From: a virus
Virus record (IMG/VR): IMGVR_UViG_3300025849_000031
Location: 3,508 to 67,507 of that record
DNA length: 64,000 nucleotides
Direction: 5' to 3' (one strand)
Shown here: one piece after another, positions 55,192 to 63,561 of the stretch
Position numbering within the stretch: the first letter of the stretch is position 1
How the letters are laid out: the number at the start of each line of letters is the position of its first letter
The notes under the pieces: generated by a model
The model's database searches: none
What the model was told of the DNA's origin: nothing
What the model saw: the letters and a program-made list of their open reading frames with translations, nothing else
Made by a program: the position numbers and the translations under genes

Positions 55192-55617
55192 ATGTCAAAC
55201 GTTTATAAATTTCCCACCGGTGAAAGACTTAACGTCGCCGAAGTAGTAAAACAAACCCTCAGTAAAGAAGAACAAATAGAAATTCAAAAAGAAGAATGCG
55301 TAGAATTTGCCCATCATTGCTTTGGGTTGATAGACGATGCAATTCATAACGGCTCTGGGTTGTTTGATAAAATGGATTTCCTTGATATAAGCACCCCCGA
55401 AGCGATGGATATGGCAGTAGTTATTAATTTACTTGCTGCTGCTTTTTATCGCTTTAAGGGTATAGAACATCCATTCCAAGATGATCTAGATATTTGTAAC
55501 CAAAAGCTAGATAGACTCATAACGGATGAACCTTATTCTAAAGGTGAATTGGAAGAAATACAAAAAGAAATAGAAGAACTAATTACAAAGGCGACTGAAG
55601 ACGATGATACTGATTGA
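55192..55617 (+). CDS. Hypothetical protein
   Basis: 141 aa ORF after the promoter. Confidence 0.65.
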   Translation: MSNVYKFPTGERLNVAEVVKQTLSKEEQIEIQKEECVEFAHHCFGLIDDAIHNGSGLFDKMDFLDISTPEAMDMAVVINLLAAAFYRFKGIEHPFQDDLDICNQKLDRLITDEPYSKGELEEIQKEIEELITKATEDDDTD

Positions 55618-56464
55618 TTATAACCAAATTGCATTATCAAATATAATAGTGCAAAAGCTAAATGATGAAAACATGATTCGACATATGATTCTAAACAGTA
55701 TTCGTATGTACAATAAGAAGTATCGAGATCAGTATGGCCAAATGGTTATTTGTTGTGATGGTATGAATACATGGAGAAAGCAATACTTTCCACAATATAA
55801 AGCAGCTCGTAAAAAGAATCGAGATGAACAGTCTGATACTGATTGGCCTGAAATCTTTCGTATTCTAAATCTAGTAAGAGATGAAATCAAAGAGAATCTC
55901 CCCTATAAAGTTATTCATCTAGAAGGTTGCGAAGCTGATGATGTAATTGGTGTACTTGCACTTGAAACACAAGAGTTCGGTAAAGACGAGCCAGTTAAGA
56001 TTATCTCATCTGATAAAGACTTTATTCAATTGCATCGCTTTAAGAATATATCACAATTTAGTCCGATGCAAAAGAAAGAAGTAACTGATAAGAACCCTCA
56101 CATATATCGATTTAATCATATTATGAAAGGCGATAAAGGCGATGGGATTCCTAATATCAAATCTGCTGATAACGTATTTGTTGAATCGATTAGACAGACA
56201 CCAATCAGTGCTAAGCAACTACAAGAGTGGCTAGATAATGCTGAGAACTTAAAAGAGGTATTAGGTGATGAGTTATACCGTAACTATCAGCGTAATAAAA
56301 CTCTTATAGATTTAACAGAAATACCAGAAAGCATCAGTGAATCTATTATAAATACTTTTAATAATAGTAAAAAACCAATGCAAATGAAAGCATTAAACTA
56401 TTTGATTAAGAAACGATGTAACCTATTGATTGAATGCGTAGAGGAATTTTATAACAATGGCTAG
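55604..56464 (+). CDS. rnh: RNase H / 5'-3' exonuclease (FEN family)
   Basis: ILID, YPQYK-like FPQYKAAR, EADDVIG, SSDKDFIQL, GDKGDGIPN. Confidence 0.93.
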   Translation: MILIDYNQIALSNIIVQKLNDENMIRHMILNSIRMYNKKYRDQYGQMVICCDGMNTWRKQYFPQYKAARKKNRDEQSDTDWPEIFRILNLVRDEIKENLPYKVIHLEGCEADDVIGVLALETQEFGKDEPVKIISSDKDFIQLHRFKNISQFSPMQKKEVTDKNPHIYRFNHIMKGDKGDGIPNIKSADNVFVESIRQTPISAKQLQEWLDNAENLKEVLGDELYRNYQRNKTLIDLTEIPESISESIINTFNNSKKPMQMKALNYLIKKRCNLLIECVEEFYNNG

Positions 56465-56885
56465 TAATAAAGACTTACAAATATCAACTGTTCTCGAAGA
56501 TCTTGCTAAAATTAAAACAGCAAAGGCCAAGAAAGAATATCTTATTAAGAACGAATCGCGTCAACTTAAAACCTTTCTAAAAGGTGCTTTTGACAAATCA
56601 CTCGAATTTAATTTACCTGCAGGCACTCCGCCGTATACACCTAACAAAGATTCTGAATATGGCTTCGGTCGTGTATCATCAGATTTTCGATTCTTTGCAA
56701 AAGGATACGAAGGGGATAGGTTAGAAGCTGGTGTCCGCGAAGGTAAATTTATCAAAGTTTTGGAGAGTGTATCTCCAAAAGAAGCAGAGCTTATCATTAT
56801 GATGAAAGATAAGAAGTTGGTTGGAAAATATAAAGGAGTAACATTAAAATTAGTCTCCGATGCATTCCCAACTCTTATTAAATAA
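56457..56885 (+). CDS. Conserved T4-like hypothetical protein
   Basis: LPAGTPPY, REGKFIKVLESVSPKEA, VSDAFP pattern; follows rnh. Confidence 0.65.
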   Translation: MASNKDLQISTVLEDLAKIKTAKAKKEYLIKNESRQLKTFLKGAFDKSLEFNLPAGTPPYTPNKDSEYGFGRVSSDFRFFAKGYEGDRLEAGVREGKFIKVLESVSPKEAELIIMMKDKKLVGKYKGVTLKLVSDAFPTLIK

Positions 56886-56979
56886 GTGATTCATTAACTA
56901 ACCGTAACAACTAAGGAGGATCCGAACTTAAATACCTATATGATGATCAATTAAAACTTTATGGAGGGAATAATTCTAT

Positions 56980-57141
56980 ATGAGGTTACAAGAGATCGAA
57001 CGGCTAAAGAAAGATAGGAACAAGGCAACATACTATCGACAGCGGCTGTTAAAGAAAGGAAAGTCAGATAAAGCATTTAAAATGCAAAAGAAGATAGATT
57101 ATCTTGACGAGTATATTGAGCAATTAAGGTATGCATCATAA
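56980..57141 (+). CDS. Small basic helical protein (53 aa)
   Basis: GGAGG RBS; MRLQEIERLKKDRNKATYYRQRLLKKGKSDKAFKMQKKIDYLDEYIEQLRYAS. Confidence 0.6.
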   Translation: MRLQEIERLKKDRNKATYYRQRLLKKGKSDKAFKMQKKIDYLDEYIEQLRYAS

Positions 57142-57164
57142 GTAAGGAGGTGATAAAATCTACT

Positions 57165-57196
57165 GTAAACCCTCGAAAGGGGGTTTACTTTTCTTT
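57165..57196 (+). terminator. Rho-independent terminator overlapping the next -35
   Basis: gtaaaccctc-gaaa-gggggtttac stem with GNRA loop and T-rich tail. Confidence 0.85.
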
Positions 57197-57212
57197 AAAA
57201 CTGTGTTATAAT
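57184..57212 (+). promoter_or_regulatory. Sigma70-type promoter
   Basis: TTTACT-17-TATAAT with TG extension. Confidence 0.7.
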
Positions 57213-57219
57213 ATACATT

Positions 57220-57774
57220 ATGAATATATTTATTTTAGATAATGATCCCATCAAAGCCGCACAACTCCAGTGCGATAAACACATCCCTAAAATGGTTGTT
57301 GAATCAGCCCAAATGCTATCTACCGTTCATCGAATGATTGATGGTACAATGGAACGTAGGCCTTCTAAATCTGGCTCTATGCTACAGTACTTTAAACTTG
57401 ATGATCATCGAGAAGACATCTTATACAAAGCAGTGCATATGAATCATCCTTGTACTGTTTGGTCTCGAGAAAACTGTAGTAATTACGATTGGCACTATAA
57501 ACACTTTATCGCGTTATGTAATGAATATACATATAGGTATGGTAAAACACATGCGAGTGAAACAAAACTAGCGACTGTATTAAAAAATGCACCAAAGAAT
57601 ATTAATCATACAACGAGTAAGAGTCCATTTAAATTAGCAATGGGTTCTAATCCTGAATGTATGTTTGAAGATGCTGTAAAATCTTATCGTGCATTTTACC
57701 AAACTAAACAAGCGAGGTTTGCAATGAAGTGGACTAAGCGTAAACAACCGGAGTGGTTTCATGCCATTGTATGA
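57220..57774 (+). CDS. Pyrimidine-dimer DNA glycosylase/endonuclease V-like protein
   Basis: MNIFILD..P...AQ...DKH..KM..ESAQMLST, HMNHPCTVW, VKSYRAFY. Confidence 0.8.
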   Translation: MNIFILDNDPIKAAQLQCDKHIPKMVVESAQMLSTVHRMIDGTMERRPSKSGSMLQYFKLDDHREDILYKAVHMNHPCTVWSRENCSNYDWHYKHFIALCNEYTYRYGKTHASETKLATVLKNAPKNINHTTSKSPFKLAMGSNPECMFEDAVKSYRAFYQTKQARFAMKWTKRKQPEWFHAIV

Positions 57775-57997
57775 TTTCGAAAATATAGAAACTGGTGAAG
57801 TAGAAACTAAGATGATGTCTATTTCATCGATGGAAGAATATGTAAAGGATCCTAATATCCGACAAGTACTTGCTGCACCAAAAATTGTAGGTGGTACTAA
57901 AAGCACTATTAGTCAGGTGCCAGACGGATTCAACGATATTCTCAAATCAATCAAGAAAAACTCAGACCCTAAACGCTGCACAATAGAGACTAAATAA
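57761..57997 (+). CDS. FmdB-like small protein
   Basis: MPLYDFEN..TGE start. Confidence 0.6.
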   Translation: MPLYDFENIETGEVETKMMSISSMEEYVKDPNIRQVLAAPKIVGGTKSTISQVPDGFNDILKSIKKNSDPKRCTIETK

Positions 57998-58530
57998 TGA
58001 AAGTTAAAATTGGACCTTACCCTGATTATAAATGGTATCATAACTATTTGTTCGAACTATTTGGCTACACCCCAGAACAAACTGTCAACGTAAAGTTAGA
58101 TAAATGGGATACTTGGTCAATGGATCATACCCTTGCTAAAATCGTTTTGCCTATGCTATATCAACTAGCAAAAACAAAAATTGGATCGCCACACGTTGAT
58201 GATAAAGATGTACCTGAGGCTTTAAGAAGCTCTGAAGGTGAAGGTGAGCTAATGGTTCATGATCGATGGGATTGGGTTATGTCAGAAATGATATTTTCGT
58301 TTGAGACTAAATTAGCAGAAGAGGATTGGCAAGATCAATTCTTCTCTGGAGAGAGTGATCTATATAACGTACCAATACTGTCATCACAAGGTGAAGTCAT
58401 AGCCTTCGAAATTAAACATGGCCCTGATGATACACTTAAAATTGACTACGATGGCCTACGTGAGTATCAAGAAAGAATCACAAATGGCTTTAGATTGTTT
58501 GGTCAATACTACGAAGGATTGTGGGATTAG
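57997..58530 (+). CDS. Conserved phage hypothetical protein
   Basis: WDTWSMDHTLAKIVLPML, RWDWVMSEMIFSF, GFRLFGQYY. Confidence 0.7.
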   Translation: MKVKIGPYPDYKWYHNYLFELFGYTPEQTVNVKLDKWDTWSMDHTLAKIVLPMLYQLAKTKIGSPHVDDKDVPEALRSSEGEGELMVHDRWDWVMSEMIFSFETKLAEEDWQDQFFSGESDLYNVPILSSQGEVIAFEIKHGPDDTLKIDYDGLREYQERITNGFRLFGQYYEGLWD

Positions 58531-58532
58531 CA

Positions 58533-58748
58533 ATGGAAGATACGATTAAGCTTGCAGAATTTATGCATGAAAAATATCTAGATAATTGTTATGAGCGAGA
58601 TTCGTATAATTTACCAATCTATACTGAAACAGAGTATCAAGAAAACAATAAAGAATTTTTGACTGATTTGTATATTGCTGAAATAAAAGATCAATCAATT
58701 AAAACAATGATTAAGACTTTACAGGTAATGTCTAATGATCAACTATAG
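58533..58748 (+). CDS. Hypothetical protein
   Basis: Acidic ORF of about 71 aa. Confidence 0.55.
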   Translation: MEDTIKLAEFMHEKYLDNCYERDSYNLPIYTETEYQENNKEFLTDLYIAEIKDQSIKTMIKTLQVMSNDQL

Positions 58749-59091
58749 CACAAATTGGATGGGTCCAATTGCCACTCGTTGGTATGAAGAACGAGATATT
58801 CCGTTTGAGGTCAGAGAAACTTCAGGTAAAATACTGCCTAAAACTGAGTACAAACACTTCTTAGAATCGTATTCTTGTGGTCGCATCGACATCTATGGAT
58901 TGGATGAAGATGAATACTGGGGTGGTAAGTCTGAGTATGGTGTTGGTGTTATGAAGACTGAATCTTGGAACCTACTCTCTGACTATCTTGATGATTATGA
59001 ATCAAGTGAGTTGGTTTCATATGAAGATTTGATAGAAGACTTTGAAACAAGAAGTAAGCATAAGATTGAATGGTGGGTAGAACATGATTGA
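58735..59091 (+). CDS. Hypothetical protein
   Basis: 118 aa, coupled to neighbours. Confidence 0.6.
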   Translation: MINYSTNWMGPIATRWYEERDIPFEVRETSGKILPKTEYKHFLESYSCGRIDIYGLDEDEYWGGKSEYGVGVMKTESWNLLSDYLDDYESSELVSYEDLIEDFETRSKHKIEWWVEHD

Positions 59092-59209
59092 TCCTAAAGA
59101 TAAGAAGCCTGAGCTTGATTGGACAGACGATGAGTTCTATGAGAGCGCTTGGAGTTGGGTAGACGAGTGTGAAGTTGACAATGAGGAAGATGAAAATGGA
59201 GAATCCTGA
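59084..59209 (+). CDS. Very acidic microprotein (41 aa)
   Basis: MIDPKDKKPELDWTDDEFYESAWSWVDECEVDNEEDENGES overlaps both neighbours. Confidence 0.45.
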   Translation: MIDPKDKKPELDWTDDEFYESAWSWVDECEVDNEEDENGES

Positions 59210-59531
59210 TAATTGGGTTATATTAAAGATAATTAACGAAGATAATATTTTATACAAAGTACTAGCTGGTTGGAGTGGTGGCTATCTTGGTAGTAATAGT
59301 TGGAAGTTAAATAGCAGCATTACTAGTGTTGAGAAGATTGGTAAAAATTATGAGTTTACTGGAGTAAGTGGTAACGTATATATATGTCATGAAGACCATT
59401 ATAGGCTAAGAATGAATACAGCTGGAATCTTTAAAGAGATAATGGATTACTATGGTGATAAGGTTGAAATGATGTCTGAAGATACTGATTGGTTAGATAT
59501 TGAATGGGGAAATAGTGATGGAATATCCTGA
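59196..59531 (+). CDS. Hypothetical protein, paralog A
   Basis: PDNWVILKI...YKVLAGW...WKLNSSI...GNVYICH. Confidence 0.7.
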   Translation: MENPDNWVILKIINEDNILYKVLAGWSGGYLGSNSWKLNSSITSVEKIGKNYEFTGVSGNVYICHEDHYRLRMNTAGIFKEIMDYYGDKVEMMSEDTDWLDIEWGNSDGIS

Positions 59532-59865
59532 TAAGTGGGTAGTATTAAAAGTTACAAACGATGATGCGGTTGTAACATATAAGCTTTTGGCAGGTTATCG
59601 TGCTGGTAATAGTAGTGGTGACATTTATTGGAAAATAAATAGTAGCATTGGTTCCATAGATTATGCCACAGATACGTATGTCATTTCAAGTCGTAGAGGT
59701 AATTCTTATTCGTGTCATCATGATGATTACGGTTTTGTTGGAGGTGATGTAAACTTCGAACTCAAAGAAAAAATTGGAGATAAGGAACTATTCAATACTG
59801 CAGAGTGTCTTTACGGAGAAACAAAGGACACTGTAAAATGGAGTTTTGATAATGACGGATCGTGA
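59518..59865 (+). CDS. Hypothetical protein, paralog B
   Basis: PDKWVVLKV...YKLLAGY...WKINSSI...GNSYSCH. Confidence 0.7.
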   Translation: MEYPDKWVVLKVTNDDAVVTYKLLAGYRAGNSSGDIYWKINSSIGSIDYATDTYVISSRRGNSYSCHHDDYGFVGGDVNFELKEKIGDKELFNTAECLYGETKDTVKWSFDNDGS

Positions 59866-60043
59866 AGAATTAGAAGCAATGAATAAGATTAATCGACTTG
59901 AGGTTATAGACCAAACAGGTCGTGCGTATGTTCATTACTTACATGAAAACGAAGATGTTCGATATAGTCTACAGGATGATAATCGAACACTTAAAATATT
60001 TATCGATAAGTATGGGAGTGTTGCTCGTGACGATGCCGAATGA
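59852..60043 (+). CDS. Hypothetical protein
   Basis: INRLEVIDQTGRAYV...SLQDDNRTLKIFI. Confidence 0.6.
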   Translation: MTDREELEAMNKINRLEVIDQTGRAYVHYLHENEDVRYSLQDDNRTLKIFIDKYGSVARDDAE

Positions 60044-60254
60044 ACGAAGATGGGCAATCATAAATACAGAAAAATTTTTAAGAGACTTGATGGACCCAAA
60101 GAAAACTCCACGCGTACCTAGTGCTATAAGAAAAGAAGCATATAGGTGTTTAAGGCATTATCCAGGCGAATATCATATGTTAAAAGCCTCAGAAGAAGCG
60201 CCTGGATTGTTTGGTGAATGGGACAGCTGGAAAGGAAACACAGAAGATGAATAA
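60033..60254 (+). CDS. Small conserved protein (BPSL0761-like)
   Basis: PNERRWA...TEKFL..L.DPKKTPRVP..IRKEA...LRHYP. Confidence 0.6.
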   Translation: MPNERRWAIINTEKFLRDLMDPKKTPRVPSAIRKEAYRCLRHYPGEYHMLKASEEAPGLFGEWDSWKGNTEDE

Positions 60255-60933
60255 GCCGCAACGCTTACGCTTAGAACATTTAAAAACATTAGTGCCAGCT
60301 ACGTCGACTCAAGAAGAAGTATTTAAAGCTTATAGCGATGGACAAAATTTAAGTATCTCTGGTGCTGCAGGAACAGGCAAAACTTTCATATCGTTGTATC
60401 TAGCTTTAGTAGATGTAATGGATAATCAGACACCCTTTGAAAGAGTAATTATTGTTCGTTCGGCTGTACCTACAAGAGACATGGGATTTCTACCTGGAAC
60501 TCAAGAAGAAAAAGAAGCAGCTTACACTGCACCGTATGAAGTAATCGTGAATGATCTCTTTGATGATGGTGATGCATGGAACAAGCTTACTCAGTTAAAG
60601 ACTGTAGAGTTTATGACTACATCATACCTACGTGGACAAACATTTAATAACGCTGTTGTCATTGTTGATGAATCGCAAAACTGTAACTACCACGAGCTAT
60701 GTTCTATTATAACACGTATCGGTCGTGATGCTAAGTTTGTAATGTGTGGTGATTACTATCAATCAGACTTTACAAAAAATAACGAAAAAGAAGGCATTAA
60801 TCAATTCATTAAGATACTTTCTCATATGACATCATTTGATATTATTGAGTTTGGATTTGAAGATATCGTTCGAAGTGGTCTTGTAAGAGACTTTATAATG
60901 ACAAAAGAATTAGTTGATCGAGGCAAATTATGA
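60247..60933 (+). CDS. phoH: PhoH-like ATPase
   Basis: GAAGTGKT, RSAVPTRDMGFLPG, YLRGQTF, IVDESQN, GDYYQSD, DIVRSGLV. Confidence 0.95.
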   Translation: MNKPQRLRLEHLKTLVPATSTQEEVFKAYSDGQNLSISGAAGTGKTFISLYLALVDVMDNQTPFERVIIVRSAVPTRDMGFLPGTQEEKEAAYTAPYEVIVNDLFDDGDAWNKLTQLKTVEFMTTSYLRGQTFNNAVVIVDESQNCNYHELCSIITRIGRDAKFVMCGDYYQSDFTKNNEKEGINQFIKILSHMTSFDIIEFGFEDIVRSGLVRDFIMTKELVDRGKL

Positions 60934-61235
60934 GTAAGTGGAACGACAAGGAACCAATAGAATCAAGAGATTATGCAGCTGAAGCAAGAAATCTTATTAG
61001 ACCTTTAAGTAATAGCCAGTGCTATAACCTATATGATATTGTATTGAAAAAGCTTAAAATGTCTAATAGTGAATCAAGAGATAAAGAGTTAAGAGCAGTA
61101 CAGACTGCAGTTGAAAGCAGATATAATATCGACGTTTACAGACTTAGATCTATACAGACTGGATTTAAAAGTGAAATGGCTCAGAATGCTAGACCTAAAG
61201 ATGGTCAGACCAAAATAAACAAAAGGAAGGTATAA
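60930..61235 (+). CDS. Hypothetical protein
   Basis: 101 aa coupled to phoH. Confidence 0.6.
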   Translation: MSKWNDKEPIESRDYAAEARNLIRPLSNSQCYNLYDIVLKKLKMSNSESRDKELRAVQTAVESRYNIDVYRLRSIQTGFKSEMAQNARPKDGQTKINKRKV

Positions 61236-61236
61236 A

Positions 61237-61470
61237 GTGAAAAGTACTTCTATGATGTATGTCGATGAGATACTAGATGGATTTGCTAAAGGTGATTCGA
61301 GTCGACAGGCTTTCGTATTTAAAAAGACTGATGCACATAATGTTCCACACTATGGCTGCCGATACTATGAGAATCAAATCTTTCGCTTTGATGAGTTCTA
61401 CCAAACTAAAAGTATTCACTATGCTAAAAAAGCTGCACAAAATTGGATCAATGGTGTAAAGAATTCGTGA
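61237..61470 (+). CDS. Hypothetical protein
   Basis: GTG start with AAGGAAGG RBS. Confidence 0.55.
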   Translation: MKSTSMMYVDEILDGFAKGDSSRQAFVFKKTDAHNVPHYGCRYYENQIFRFDEFYQTKSIHYAKKAAQNWINGVKNS

Positions 61471-62018
61471 GCAATCTAAGCGATTATATTAAAGTCTATG
61501 ATGATGTTATAACAAAAGAAACATGTGATTATTTAATATCTTTATATGATGCTGCTGCACCATTAGAAGCAGAGCATAAAAAGAATACATGCTATAATTT
61601 TCATGAAATTAATATGATGCAATCAAAAGCTTTCGAAAGTGTAAGTGAACAATTCGCTGGTTTAATGCAAGGCATACATCGTCAATATTCTTCTCAGTTC
61701 GAATTCTTTCCAGAAACAAACGCATTCGAGCAACCACGCATTAAACGCTATGAACCAAATGAAGGTGTCTTTGATTGGCATACTGATAATACAACAGTTG
61801 AATCAAGTAAAAGAACGCTTGTTATGTTTTTCTATTTAAACGATGTAGAAGATGGTGGTGAGACTATGTTTAGATTCGAACCAGGCATGGAAGAAATTAA
61901 AGTAAAGCCAAAAGCTGGTTCAGTATTATGTTTTCCGCCAACATGGCAATATCCTCACATGGGTTGTACTCCAATATCAGGGCCCAAATATGTCATATCT
62001 AGCTACGTACAGGTTTAG
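61467..62018 (+). CDS. 2OG-Fe(II) oxygenase (prolyl-4-hydroxylase-like)
   Basis: WHTD, FYLNDVEDGGET, PPTWQYPH, KY. Confidence 0.88.
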   Translation: MSNLSDYIKVYDDVITKETCDYLISLYDAAAPLEAEHKKNTCYNFHEINMMQSKAFESVSEQFAGLMQGIHRQYSSQFEFFPETNAFEQPRIKRYEPNEGVFDWHTDNTTVESSKRTLVMFFYLNDVEDGGETMFRFEPGMEEIKVKPKAGSVLCFPPTWQYPHMGCTPISGPKYVISSYVQV

Positions 62019-62020
62019 CC

Positions 62021-62041
62021 CTTATATCAAAAAGTTATAAG
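62021..62041 (+). repeat. 21-bp promoter-upstream repeat, copy 3 of 3
   Basis: cttatatcaaaaagttataag. Confidence 0.9.
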
Positions 62042-62079
62042 CTTATATCAAAAGAGTCTAAAAATAATGCAAATAAGTG

Positions 62080-62108
62080 TGTACATGTTGTGATACCCAT
62101 GTTATAAT
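62080..62108 (+). promoter_or_regulatory. Sigma70-type early promoter (cassette type)
   Basis: TGTACA-17-TATAAT followed by the conserved 36-nt leader. Confidence 0.85.
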
Positions 62109-62141
62109 AGCTATATAAATTAATGGAGCAGGACTTATATT

Positions 62142-62534
62142 ATGACTACGACAAGAATTATACAAGATTGGGAAAAAGATAACGATTATGATTTTGACAC
62201 TAGTTTAGAGATTCTTAAGAAAATCGCGATTGCTGATTATACTGCATTTATGGGCAATGCTGCCGAACGTTCAGAAGGTCTGGACAAAGAATACTATCAA
62301 GGTCAAATTAATGAGTACGCAGAAAAATTTGTTATCAATACTCGTGGTAGTAAGTATGTTAAGCTTATTAATGATCGAGCAGTTTGGGGTTTTGTTGTGA
62401 AGAAAGATAGTGACAAATTCAAACGTGGTGACATCCTCATGGCGGCAGGTTGGTCTGCTCCGGCACTAAATAAGGCTCGAGGAAACATCTTCGAAGAATA
62501 CAGTGTAGCTTGGACAGGACCTATGTACCTATGA
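62142..62534 (+). CDS. Early hypothetical protein
   Basis: Starts at the cassette ATG; GSKYVKL...VWGFV...FKRGDILMAAGWSAPA..ARGNI. Confidence 0.75.
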   Translation: MTTTRIIQDWEKDNDYDFDTSLEILKKIAIADYTAFMGNAAERSEGLDKEYYQGQINEYAEKFVINTRGSKYVKLINDRAVWGFVVKKDSDKFKRGDILMAAGWSAPALNKARGNIFEEYSVAWTGPMYL

Positions 62535-62611
62535 TTAGATTTATGATTCAATTGACTATTATCGTGGGGGTGAGTATCCTTGCCCTCCAATACCTATAAG
62601 GGATAAAGATT

Positions 62612-62824
62612 ATGAAATTATTAGAAGGTTCAATCCTTGCTCTTAAAGAAATCACTGATTGGGGTTCATACACTTATGTCCCCAACCATACTTACTTTCT
62701 CAATGCAGCGGGTAAGTTGGTTGGTTACAAAAAATCTGGTAAAGATGAGTTTGTAACATTTAAAAAACCAAAACCGTTTGATAAAGCCAGACGCAAATTT
62801 ATAACATTAAAGGTAACAAAATAA
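62612..62824 (+). CDS. Hypothetical protein
   Basis: LKEITDW....PNHTYFL...FDKARRKF. Confidence 0.65.
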   Translation: MKLLEGSILALKEITDWGSYTYVPNHTYFLNAAGKLVGYKKSGKDEFVTFKKPKPFDKARRKFITLKVTK

Positions 62825-62825
62825 T

Positions 62826-63503
62826 ATGGCATTTATACACAAACCACTAGATCTAGGTTACGAAGATCTTACATGCGAAACGAAGTCCACCGGCAGAAAG
62901 TATGTAGCTCCAGATGGTAAAGACTACCCATCAGTTACAACAGTACTTAGCCATCTAGGTGAAGACGGTATTCGTGCATGGCGAGCGCGGGTCGGCGAAG
63001 AGGAAGCAAATAAGATTTCGACCCGCGCTTCAAGACGTGGAACAACTGTGCATACAATGTTAGAAAAATATGTAGACAATGATCCTGATTATAAGAAAGG
63101 TGCAATGCCTGATATTGTAGCGACAGCATCAAGTCTATTTAAAACGCTTGAAGAGAATGTTGATGAAGTATGGGGTCAAGAACTGGCTCTTTACTCTGAT
63201 CATCTTAATATGGCAGGCCGTGTTGATCTGGTTGGTGTATGGAATGGTGTTCCATCTATTATTGATTATAAGACATCACGTAAGTTAAAGAAAAAAGAAT
63301 ACATCACTGGTTACTTCTTGCAATGTACAGCTTATGCTATTATGATTGAAGAAAGAACTGGTGTGCCAATACCTCAAATTGTTATTGCAATTGCTGGTGA
63401 TGAAGGTGAACAAATCTTTATTGAAAAGCGTAATAATTGGATTAAACCATTACGTGAAGCGATTGCTGAATATAACAGAAGAAAATTATTTGGAACAAAA
63501 TAG
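62826..63503 (+). CDS. PD-(D/E)xK exonuclease (RecB/Cas4-like fold)
   Basis: YPSVTTVL, RGTTVH, AGRVD, IIDYKTS, YFLQCTAY. Confidence 0.85.
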   Translation: MAFIHKPLDLGYEDLTCETKSTGRKYVAPDGKDYPSVTTVLSHLGEDGIRAWRARVGEEEANKISTRASRRGTTVHTMLEKYVDNDPDYKKGAMPDIVATASSLFKTLEENVDEVWGQELALYSDHLNMAGRVDLVGVWNGVPSIIDYKTSRKLKKKEYITGYFLQCTAYAIMIEERTGVPIPQIVIAIAGDEGEQIFIEKRNNWIKPLREAIAEYNRRKLFGTK

Positions 63504-63532
63504 TGTACATTTATATTGAACTGTGTTATAAT
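63504..63532 (+). promoter_or_regulatory. Sigma70-type promoter
   Basis: TGTACA-17-TATAAT with TG extension; partial cassette leader ggttatataaatt. Confidence 0.8.
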
Positions 63533-63561
63533 GGTTATATAAATTGGAAAGAGAAAAGAAA

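Noticed and set aside
19195-56354. Intragenic TATAAATA matches at 19195, 42450 and 56347
   Set aside because: In AT-rich DNA several chance matches per window are expected; they are plausible but unsupported, so only intergenic copies were annotated.
61467-62018. 2OG-Fe(II) oxygenase as a TET/JBP DNA-base oxidase
   Set aside because: Motifs fit the prolyl-hydroxylase-like family common in marine phages, and it is far from the modification cluster.
62566-62588. G/C-rich hairpin gggggtgag-tatc-cttgccctc between early genes
   Set aside because: Contains several G-U pairs and has no U-tract; function cannot be supported from sequence alone.
125-63132. The many minus-strand and nested plus-strand ORFs of 60-136 aa in the six-frame track
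   Set aside because: They lie inside well-supported + strand genes, lack RBSs and recognisable motifs, and are expected shadow ORFs.
62826-63503. Cas4-like exonuclease as a sign of a CRISPR system
   Set aside because: No repeat-spacer array or other cas genes are visible, and the Fe-S cysteines of Cas4 are absent; standalone nucleases of this type are common in T4-like phages.
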